Shown in pieces: positions 1 to 7,177 of a DNA stretch of 64,000 nucleotides. Within the stretch, counting starts at the first letter, position 1; each line of letters opens with the position of its first letter. The position numbers and the translations under genes were made by a program. The stretch spans positions 8,595 to 72,594 of the forward strand of contig CBFHXB010000011.1 in assembly GCA_965659685.1 (NCBI GenBank), read 5' to 3'. Below the pieces are notes generated by a model. That model did no database searches. It saw only the letters and a program-made list of their open reading frames with translations, and was not told the origin of the DNA. The stretch comes from Candidatus Poseidoniaceae archaeon. Its GTDB lineage: Archaea > Thermoplasmatota > Poseidoniia > Poseidoniales > Poseidoniaceae.

Positions 1-1
1 C

Positions 2-697
2 ACCACCTACATCGGTCGTCCCAGCCCCAACGAATTGGGCGCGCCAGACGATGCGCTCGTGGACTGGACGCGCAACGCCAGCCACGTGCCTGACGGGGCT
101 CCGTCCGCATCCACCACCCTTGAGGACGCGTTTGCCTGCCTCCGGTCGATCGGATCTTCGGCATCCGGTGCAAACGCCGCTCTCGACAACGAGGGTTACA
201 TTTGGCGCGCCGTCGGTGAATCGGGAAGCGTGGAGGACGAGTGGAACCTCTCGTGGGTCGGCAACGACGACGCCCATGGCTGGGTTCGTGTTGACGTTGG
301 ACCCGGTGAAAACGGCACCTGCACCTTCGTCCAGAAGGAGTCCCTCGACCTTGGCATCGTCTGGAACCGCGAATCGGCGCCGGCCGTGCTTCCCTTTGAC
401 GAGGTGGAAGCCTTGCTCGTGACCGAAGGCCGCTTCCCAGAACTTGTCGGCAGCGCTGGGCTGTTCGACGCCGATGGAGGTCACAACGAGGGCCTTCGTC
501 GAGGTGTGTTGGTCGCTGTGCCCGACGATGGCCTGACCGGGCTGATCAGCGAGTTGGTTGACGGTGAGGCCGGGGCCACCACCTACGATTACGTGCGAAC
601 GTGGGAGCGCCAAGGATGGGATTCGTCCTTCAGCGTGGCCGTGGATGCCACCAGCGGTCGCGTGTTGGCCACCTCCCTCATCGAGCGTCCGGCGTGA
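2..697 (+). CDS. hypothetical acidic protein, probably 5'-partial
   Basis: The track ORF 35..697 begins at a TTG. The same frame has no stop back to nt 2, so the gene probably starts upstream of the window. I recognise no motif. Its TGA overlaps the next ATG (TGATG at 695-699). Confidence 0.4.
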   Translation, partial: TTYIGRPSPNELGAPDDALVDWTRNASHVPDGAPSASTTLEDAFACLRSIGSSASGANAALDNEGYIWRAVGESGSVEDEWNLSWVGNDDAHGWVRVDVGPGENGTCTFVQKESLDLGIVWNRESAPAVLPFDEVEALLVTEGRFPELVGSAGLFDADGGHNEGLRRGVLVAVPDDGLTGLISELVDGEAGATTYDYVRTWERQGWDSSFSVAVDATSGRVLATSLIERPA

Positions 698-1713
698 TGA
701 TGGTGGACGCCGAACCTCCTTTTGGAGCCGGGCGTGGCCGTCACCTCCAAAGCCTCCGAGACCTGCATGAGGCAACGATGGGAGAACGTGGCCGTCAGGT
801 GACCGTCGGAGAAGCGGAGTTTGAGGAGCACCCTCAAGCCGCTCCAGTGGCGACCACCGCCAACGAAATTGGCTCGGCAAAAATCCGTGCGCCGCTCGAC
901 CTTCCACCCATGCAACCGTCAACCCATGGCTTGGCCCGCGTCGTTGCGGTCACCAACCAAAAGGGAGGCGTCGGAAAGACGACCACGGTGATCAACCTCG
1001 CTGCCTCCCTGGCCGCCTCCGGACTGCGTGTGCTTGTCGTGGACCTGGACGCCCAGGGGAACTGTGCCACAGGGCTGGGCATCGACAAAGCCCGGGTCGA
1101 ATTGACCACCCGTGACTTGCTCCTCAATCCCGAGCGCGCTCCGGAATGCCGTTACGCCACACGCATCCCGACGTTGCACGTCGTGGTCGGTGACCGCAGG
1201 TTGGTTTCGGTTGAAGACGCCATCCTTTCCGATTTGGGCCGCGAGTCGAGGCTGTCCGAGGGCCTCGCACCCCTGTTGCCTCACTACGACCTTGTGCTGA
1301 TCGACACCCCTCCCAATCTGGGTGTGCTTGCCATCAACGCCTTGTGCGCGGCTGACGGTGTGTTGGTGCCCGTCCAAACCGAATATTTCGCGCTCGAGGG
1401 GTTGGCCATGCTCCTTTCGACGGTCGAACAGGTGCGGCGTCGCTTGAACCCCAGCCTTGGTGTTGACGGCGTTCTGCTGACCATGCATGCCCCTACCCTG
1501 CTGAACCAACAGGTGGCCAACCTCCTTCGTGAACATCTTGGGGATGTCGTGGTCGAACCTCCCATTCGCCGCAACATTCGCCTCGCAGAGGCGACGAGCC
1601 GTGGCGAGCCCATTCACATCCATGCACCGAAATCCAACGGCGGCCAAGACCACCTCGCGGTGGCCAACGCGCTTTCTTCGCGGTGGGGATTGTCCCGGGG
1701 GCCGCAGGCATGA
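697..1713 (+). CDS. parA: ParA/Soj-family partition ATPase (copy 1)
   Basis: It has the deviant Walker A 'NQKGGVGKTTT' plus 'VVDLDAQGNCATGLG' and 'LIDTPPNLG', all Soj-like. The start is uncertain. ATG 697 gives a ~70-aa N-terminal extension with lower third-position GC, and ATG 910 (MQPSTHGLARVVAV...) is an equally plausible start. Confidence 0.85.
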   Translation: MMVDAEPPFGAGRGRHLQSLRDLHEATMGERGRQVTVGEAEFEEHPQAAPVATTANEIGSAKIRAPLDLPPMQPSTHGLARVVAVTNQKGGVGKTTTVINLAASLAASGLRVLVVDLDAQGNCATGLGIDKARVELTTRDLLLNPERAPECRYATRIPTLHVVVGDRRLVSVEDAILSDLGRESRLSEGLAPLLPHYDLVLIDTPPNLGVLAINALCAADGVLVPVQTEYFALEGLAMLLSTVEQVRRRLNPSLGVDGVLLTMHAPTLLNQQVANLLREHLGDVVVEPPIRRNIRLAEATSRGEPIHIHAPKSNGGQDHLAVANALSSRWGLSRGPQA

Positions 1714-2105
1714 GCGAGCGAGGCCTCGGACGAGGGCTCGATCACCTGATCGAACAAAACGCCACAGAACTTGGCTTCCTCGACGCTTACGGCCCGACAC
1801 CGGAGGAAGCCCTTGGCGAGGTGTTCGACGCCGCCTGCCACGCCTTGGCACGTCTGCAAGGCGTGCGGAGCGAGGAGGGATACCAGAGCGAGGGCGTGGT
1901 GTTGGAGCGTGTGCCGGAAGGGACGCGTTTGACCTGGACGGGTCAAGACTTGCCGCTGGTCCCCAGCGACCTCCGCCGACCAGGCATGCGTGAAGGGCAT
2001 CTTTCCCCAGCCCGTGACGAAGCGAACGTGGTGCTTGTCGACTGGACCCATGAGGTCCGCCGTTGCCTCGAACGCGTGGTCGAGCATTGTTCAGGCGTTG
2101 CCTGA
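1710..2105 (+). CDS. small protein carrying only the ParB N-terminal 'GLGRGL' ParA-interaction peptide
   Basis: The N-terminus is MSERGLGRGLDHLIEQ. Compare ParB/Spo0J N-termini such as MSEGRRGLGRGLSALL, recalled from memory. ATG 1710 overlaps the parA stop (ATGA). The protein is 131 aa, and I can see no ParB/Srx GERRxRA box and no obvious HTH. Confidence 0.5.
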   Translation: MSERGLGRGLDHLIEQNATELGFLDAYGPTPEEALGEVFDAACHALARLQGVRSEEGYQSEGVVLERVPEGTRLTWTGQDLPLVPSDLRRPGMREGHLSPARDEANVVLVDWTHEVRRCLERVVEHCSGVA

Positions 2106-2657
2106 GCGCCGTGCAACGGCCGCTGCGGCAACCGTCAGGGCAACGAGGCTCAGAACAAAGCCCGGACCGGGGCTCTCCTCTTCTTCCACGCAGCCGTCAG
2201 CGGTGGCACCTTCTCCGCCCCAAGCGCCGTCGTCGTAGTAGCAGTTGGACCACGTTTTGTACCAGTCGCCGAGTGGGTAGAACTCATCTTCACCGTCGCT
2301 GTAGGTCACTTTGGCACGCCAGTTGACGTAGGTGTGATCCTCCGGGGGCGTCACGGTGATCGTGTGGCTTCCTCCGTCATCCGACACCGTGGCCTCCTGA
2401 GTCACGGGCGGGTCACACACGCCGTCGTTGGTGCAGATCTGCGTGGTCAAGAGCAGGGTGGTGCCGTTGTCCACTGCGTCCTGGTCCATCGTCACGGTGA
2501 GGGTCCATGTCTCTCCGTCAACGGAGGGGGAGGTGGCCGTGTGCGCAGCAAAGGGGGTTTCCGCATGGTCAGGGCCTGAATCTTGACCGCTGACACCGCC
2601 AGCGGAGGCCACGCCGACCAACATGAGCATGAGGCCGACGAGCAACACGTTCCGCAT
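2091..2657 (-). CDS. secreted protein with N-terminal signal peptide and PGF-CTERM anchor signal
   Basis: The N-terminus MRNVLLVGLMLMLVGVASAGG looks like a signal peptide. The C-terminus '...EEEESPGPGFVLSLVALTVAAAAVARRSGNA' has PGF followed by a TM helix and RR, the archaeosortase-type sorting signal. Confidence 0.6.
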   Translation of the reverse strand: MRNVLLVGLMLMLVGVASAGGVSGQDSGPDHAETPFAAHTATSPSVDGETWTLTVTMDQDAVDNGTTLLLTTQICTNDGVCDPPVTQEATVSDDGGSHTITVTPPEDHTYVNWRAKVTYSDGEDEFYPLGDWYKTWSNCYYDDGAWGGEGATADGCVEEEESPGPGFVLSLVALTVAAAAVARRSGNA

Positions 2658-2703
2658 GGTTCGGCAGAATCGCCGCTCCTATTTGTCGCTGTGGGAGGAC
2701 GCC

Positions 2704-3210
2704 TCACTCCATTTCCCAAAGTTCGTCGCCGACCCAGTGAATCGTCTTCACCGCCTTTCCGCCGGTCGCGGCCACCATGCCTTCGCCGGAGTCGAGGGCC
2801 CATCCCAAGGCCAAGGGCCGTTGGTGCACCTCGTCACGGATCCACACAAGGTCACCTTCCGCGACGTCCACGTCCGCTCCGGAGATGCCTGCGGCCATGC
2901 AGTCCGCTCCGTTCATGAGGAAACGAATGGCGCCATGGTCCACTTCCACCCAGTGCGCAGCATCGGCGTGCTCCATCAGGCCGCGTAGGGTCAAGGCCAC
3001 GACGCGCTCGCCGTCCGGATGCTCCACGTCAACCGCTTTCGGGACTTTGTCAACAAAAACGAGGTTCCAAGGTCCGAATTCAGCGGCTTCAAGAAAGGCC
3101 CCGTCGACGTTCAGATCGATGCCAAGCGCGGCCTCGAGGTCCTTGAGCAGCGGGGCGATGGCTTTCCTTCGGATGGGCCGGCGCTTTCGGATGCTCCAAT
3201 CCTTGACCAT
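2704..3210 (-). CDS. PUA-domain RNA-binding protein (COG2016/Tma20-like)
   Basis: The protein reads 'MVKDWSIRKRRPIRRK...' with a C-terminal PUA-like 'GADVDVAEGDLVWIRDEVHQRPLALGWA...GKAVKTIHWVGDELWE'. I trimmed the track ORF (to 3321) to ATG 3210. Confidence 0.65.
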   Translation of the reverse strand: MVKDWSIRKRRPIRRKAIAPLLKDLEAALGIDLNVDGAFLEAAEFGPWNLVFVDKVPKAVDVEHPDGERVVALTLRGLMEHADAAHWVEVDHGAIRFLMNGADCMAAGISGADVDVAEGDLVWIRDEVHQRPLALGWALDSGEGMVAATGGKAVKTIHWVGDELWEME

Positions 3211-3284
3211 GCTCTTGCCGGCGCGTAGCGTGCTATGACCGTTGCCATGAGAGGGTCCAAGAATCCGGTCCATCTGGGCCGTGC

Positions 3285-3887
3285 ATGGCCATGTGGTGCG
3301 CGATTCGGACCTATGCAGCACACGCGGACGAACTAGGCAACGCCCGCCCCACCCGCCCGATTTTCTTCACCAAACCCGCCGGTTGCCTGTCCACGAGCAA
3401 CATCGTCGACGTGACCGGGCACGACGGTGAAATCCATCACGAGGTCGAGCTTGTGCTCAAATTGTGTGAAGGGGGGGAAGTCACCCACGTGGCTGTGGGT
3501 CTGGACCTCACCGACCGTGCCGCCCAACAAGAGGCTCGACCGGAGGGCCTTCCATGGGCCCGCGGAAAGGCGTTCCGAGGGGCTGCTCGCCTGGGAGGCT
3601 TTGTGCCTTGGACGCAGAGCGTGGAGGGTTTGTCCACCTCAGGGCTGCGCCTTGAATTGCGGATCGACGGTGAAGTCCGTCAATCTGCGGCCATCGCGTC
3701 GATGTCGATTCCACCGTCCCGTCTGCTGGACGATTTGCAGGACTGGGCGCCGCTGCAAGACGGCGATTTGGTGTTCACCGGAACCCCTTCGGGCGTGGGT
3801 CAATTGCACCCAGGAACCCATCTGGAGGCCGTCTTGATGGACGACAACTCGGCCGTTCTGTCCGGTTTGGACCTCCGTTGTGTTTGA
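3285..3887 (+). CDS. fumarylacetoacetate hydrolase (FAH) family protein
   Basis: 'IFFTKPAGC...EIHHEVELVLKL...VAVGLDLTDR...WARGKAF...GDLVFTGTPSGVG' is the FAH-fold signature. Confidence 0.75.
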   Translation: MAMWCAIRTYAAHADELGNARPTRPIFFTKPAGCLSTSNIVDVTGHDGEIHHEVELVLKLCEGGEVTHVAVGLDLTDRAAQQEARPEGLPWARGKAFRGAARLGGFVPWTQSVEGLSTSGLRLELRIDGEVRQSAAIASMSIPPSRLLDDLQDWAPLQDGDLVFTGTPSGVGQLHPGTHLEAVLMDDNSAVLSGLDLRCV

Positions 3888-3940
3888 GGGTGGGCTTCAT
3901 ATACGCCGCGTCGGTCGGCAGCCTGCGAGGTGAACCTTTC

Positions 3941-4321
3941 ATGGCACAATGGCACGGCATCTCTCGACGCAAGACCAGCGGCGGTCGCCGAGTTCAGGCT
4001 CGCGGCAAGCGCAAGACGGAAATCTCCAGCGAGAAGCAATTCGCGCTCGTTGGAGAACCCAAGCGCAAGATCTACCGCAAGGCCGGTGGCAACACCATGG
4101 TTCGTGTCATGGCCGAGAACCGAGTGGCCATCGCCGATCCTGCAAAAGGCACCACCAAGATGGGGACCATCATGAGCGTCGTCGAAAACGAATCCGACCC
4201 GAACTACGTTCGTCGGAACATCCTCGTGAAGGGCGCCATCATCGAGACCGACAAGGGTCGCGTGCGCATCACCTCCCGACCCGGAAAGGACGGGGTCATC
4301 AACGGCGTGCTCGTCGAGTGA
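3941..4321 (+). CDS. rps8e: 30S ribosomal protein S8e
   Basis: 'MAQWHGISRRKTSGGRRVQARGKRK...DPNYVRRNILVKGAIIETDKGRVRITSRPGKDGVINGVLV' is typical S8e. The start is trimmed to ATG 3941. Confidence 0.9.
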   Translation: MAQWHGISRRKTSGGRRVQARGKRKTEISSEKQFALVGEPKRKIYRKAGGNTMVRVMAENRVAIADPAKGTTKMGTIMSVVENESDPNYVRRNILVKGAIIETDKGRVRITSRPGKDGVINGVLVE

Positions 4322-4375
4322 GGCCCCTGACCCGGGTCCACATGGACCTGAAGCACAGGAGCAAGAGGCGGGCAC

Positions 4376-4807
4376 ATGGACCATGACCCGGACCGCTTGA
4401 CGTTGTGGCCGTCGTACTTCGACGTCCGCCGCTCTCGTCGATCAGGCCGTCGTGTCAGCAAGGACGCTTCGGTGAAGAAACCGGACCTGGAAGGACTGTA
4501 CAACGCCGCCCGTGCGGTTGGCCTTCGAAAAATCAAGCGTGAAGCCAAGGCCGCTCGACCAAGCGACCCGCACGCACGGGAAGGCCGCCTCATCGTCAGC
4601 CGCTCCGGCGCAGAAGCAGACGCCGGTGCATCCTCCAAGGAGGAAATCATGCAGTTGATTGGGACCACATGGCGCGAGCAGCGAAAGAAGGAGCATGAAC
4701 AGGCCAAGAAGCCAGCCTCCCCTCGAAAACAAAGCGGCAAGTCATCGTCAGGACAGGCCAAGTCGAAGGGTCGCTCGTCGTCCCGTCGCCGGTCCTTCAA
4801 GCGGTGA
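4376..4807 (+). CDS. srp19: signal recognition particle protein SRP19 with a basic C-terminal tail
   Basis: 'LTLWPSYFDVRRSRRSGRRVSKD' is the SRP19 N-terminal signature. The C-terminal half is K/R/S-rich. Confidence 0.8.
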   Translation: MDHDPDRLTLWPSYFDVRRSRRSGRRVSKDASVKKPDLEGLYNAARAVGLRKIKREAKAARPSDPHAREGRLIVSRSGAEADAGASSKEEIMQLIGTTWREQRKKEHEQAKKPASPRKQSGKSSSGQAKSKGRSSSRRRSFKR

Positions 4808-4834
4808 GGGACGGCATCCCGAAACCCTGCTCCA

Positions 4835-6028
4835 ATGGGAACCGCTTTGAATCCCGGTGTGCCCCGTTACACCATGGCAGGGGACGGAAGCAACAGCATC
4901 AACGTCGTTAACACGCTCTTTTTGGTGCTCACGCCAATCGCTTCAATCGTTGGGTTGTGGTGGCATGCCACACAATTCGGCGTGACGTGGGTCGAGCCCA
5001 TCCTGTTCGTGATCTGGTACTTCGCCTGCGGTCTGAGCATCACGGTCGGATACCATCGCTTGTTCAGCCACCGAAGCCACGAAGCATCGTGGCCCCTGCG
5101 CTTGTTCTACGCCCTCTTTGGCGCAGGCGCCTTCGAAAACAGCGCCCTGAACTGGTGCGCTGACCACCGCATCCACCACCGCCACACGGACAAGCCAGAG
5201 GATCCCTATTCCGCCACCCGTGGCTTCTGGTGGAGCCACATCCTCTGGGTGATGATCGACGAGGGTGGCGAGCGCGTGCACGACCTCTCCCAAGTCAAGG
5301 ACTTGCAGGAAGACCCCATCCTCCGCTTCCAACACCGCTTCTACCTGGTCCTCGCCGTGGGCGTGGGGATGTTCCTCCCCGCCCTCATCGGCGGCATGAT
5401 CGGTGGCGTGGGGGCTGCCGTCGGCGGATTCGTCTGGGCCGGCCTTGCTCGTACCGTCTTCACGCACCACGGGACCTTCCTCATCAACTCCGCAGCCCAC
5501 ATCTGGGGCACGCAACCCTACGGTGATGCCAACAGCAGCAAGGACTCACCTGTCCTTGCCTTCCTCACCTTCGGGGAGGGGTACCACAACTTCCACCACA
5601 CCTTCCAAGCAGACTACCGCAACGGGCACCGCTGGTACCATTTTGATCCGTCCAAGTGGTGGATTGGTTTCTTCGCGTTCATCGGTCTAAAGCGTGGCCT
5701 CAAGTCCACACCGGACTGGCACATCGAGGACAAGCGTCGACAAGCGAGCTTCGACAATGCCGCAACCATCGCCGCGACCAAAGATTCGCGCGACCTCACG
5801 GTCCTTCAGGATCGCATGAAGACCGCTCGCACGAACTTCAAGGCCCAAAGCCGTGCCTTGGACAAGTTGCTCGTCGAACGTCGCGCAGCCCGCAAGGAGC
5901 GACAAGCCGCACGGCGTGCCGAACTCGAGGAAGCCATCGCAAAAATGCGCGACGACATCGCGTCGATCCGTGCCGAGTTTGCGCTCATCATGAGCGACTT
6001 GACCACGGCAAAGCCCACAGCGGCGTGA
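4835..6028 (+). CDS. membrane acyl-CoA/acyl-lipid Delta9-type fatty-acid desaturase with a C-terminal coiled-coil tail
   Basis: It has the three histidine boxes HRLFSH, HRIHHRH and HNFHHTF, plus N-terminal TM helices. ATG 4874 is an alternative start. The last ~90 aa are R/A/E-rich and helical. Confidence 0.85.
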   Translation: MGTALNPGVPRYTMAGDGSNSINVVNTLFLVLTPIASIVGLWWHATQFGVTWVEPILFVIWYFACGLSITVGYHRLFSHRSHEASWPLRLFYALFGAGAFENSALNWCADHRIHHRHTDKPEDPYSATRGFWWSHILWVMIDEGGERVHDLSQVKDLQEDPILRFQHRFYLVLAVGVGMFLPALIGGMIGGVGAAVGGFVWAGLARTVFTHHGTFLINSAAHIWGTQPYGDANSSKDSPVLAFLTFGEGYHNFHHTFQADYRNGHRWYHFDPSKWWIGFFAFIGLKRGLKSTPDWHIEDKRRQASFDNAATIAATKDSRDLTVLQDRMKTARTNFKAQSRALDKLLVERRAARKERQAARRAELEEAIAKMRDDIASIRAEFALIMSDLTTAKPTAA

Positions 6029-6029
6029 T

Positions 6030-7052
6030 TCATCCGAGGTCAGGGACCTCGTGAAGCCAACCAAACACGTCCTCTTCCCGCTCGGCTTGCAAACCGGTCA
6101 AGTGCGCGTAGAGGTCCAAGGTGACGGGCCCAGGGGTTCTGTCGCCGTAGGTGGTGGTTCGCTCGCCTTGGGTGATGGATCCAATCGGTGAGATCACCGC
6201 GGCCGTGCCGCAACAGAATGCTTCGTCGGCCGCCAAGGCCGCCTCGGCGGTCACCCGCTCTTCGCGGACCTCAAGGCCACGATGACGGGCGAGTTCGATG
6301 ATCGAGGCGCGTGTGATGCCCGGAAGGATGGTTCCGGTCAACGATGGGGTGCTGAGCACACCGTCCTTCACGCAGAAGAAATTCGCTGCTCCCACCTCCT
6401 CGATGCAGGTGTGGGTTTCTGCGTCGAGGTAGATGACTTCGGCGTAGCCTGCAACTTTTGCAGCGTAGGAGGGCATCATGCCTGGTGCATAGTTGCCAAT
6501 GGCTTTGACGCCGCCTGAGCCACCGGGTGCAGCACGGTGGTGGTCTTCAGAAATGACCAGCGAAATGGCGCTCATGCCTCCTTTGAAGTACGGGCCAACC
6601 GGTGTGCAGTAGATCATGAAGGTGAACGAAGGCGCGGGTGCAACCCCAAGCACAGGTCCAGAGCCGAAGAGGATCGGCCGTACGTAGAGGGCTCCACGCC
6701 CGCAGGGGGGAACCCAATCTCGGTTGGCATGGACCACTTGTTCGATGGCGTCGACGAAGATGGATTCAGGCACCGGAGGCATGCGGAGGCGGTCTGCACC
6801 GGCCTGCATGCGTCGGGCGTTCTCCTCCGGTCGGAAGAAGACGATTCGGTCGGCTTCGGTGCGGTACGCCTTCATGCCTTCGAAGAGGCCCTGGCCGTAG
6901 TTCAGCACACCTGCTGCAGGCGAGATGGAGAAGTCGGCGTACGGCATGAGCGTGCCTGGCATCCACGGTTCACCCGCGTTGACTTCGGCCACGTACATCC
7001 AATCGGTGGGGGTCAGGGAGAAGGTCAATGCGTCCCAATCGATGTCCTTCAT
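6030..7052 (-). CDS. ilvE: branched-chain amino acid aminotransferase (fold type IV)
   Basis: The whole length resembles the IlvE/BCAT family ('GLFEGMKAYR', 'YVRPILFGSGPVLGV', 'EVGAANFF'). Confidence 0.85.
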   Translation of the reverse strand: MKDIDWDALTFSLTPTDWMYVAEVNAGEPWMPGTLMPYADFSISPAAGVLNYGQGLFEGMKAYRTEADRIVFFRPEENARRMQAGADRLRMPPVPESIFVDAIEQVVHANRDWVPPCGRGALYVRPILFGSGPVLGVAPAPSFTFMIYCTPVGPYFKGGMSAISLVISEDHHRAAPGGSGGVKAIGNYAPGMMPSYAAKVAGYAEVIYLDAETHTCIEEVGAANFFCVKDGVLSTPSLTGTILPGITRASIIELARHRGLEVREERVTAEAALAADEAFCCGTAAVISPIGSITQGERTTTYGDRTPGPVTLDLYAHLTGLQAEREEDVFGWLHEVPDLG

Positions 7053-7177
7053 ACGTCACCCTCCGGAGTCCCGATTGGTGCTCACCTCTGCGGGGTATCA
7101 AGACTTTCCGCGTCGGCGTAAAGGACCTCGATGGCCGGTGCGAAGGGCTGAAGGGGGCCGAAGCGGAGGCCCGCGTG

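Noticed and set aside
733-797. An 11-nt direct repeat CGTGGCCGTCA (733-743 and 787-797) upstream of the ParA core, considered as a possible operator or parS-like site.
   Set aside because: Both copies are in the same reading frame, encode R-G-R, and lie inside the possible N-terminal extension of ParA. This cannot be distinguished from a coding repeat or from chance without comparative data.
919-1851. A 310-aa minus-strand ORF.
   Set aside because: It is antisense to ParA copy 1. It is R/G/P-rich with no motifs, so it is a shadow ORF.
7028-7177. The N-terminal 50 codons of the track's PolB ORF.
   Set aside because: They overlap the 5' end of ilvE and the promoter gap. The conserved PolB sequence begins after ATG 7178. 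I made similar trims at 21203-21391 (ATPase), 45045-45869 (reductase), 35398-35682 (L7Ae), 13742-13990 (giant protein) and 42862-42966 (MazG-like).
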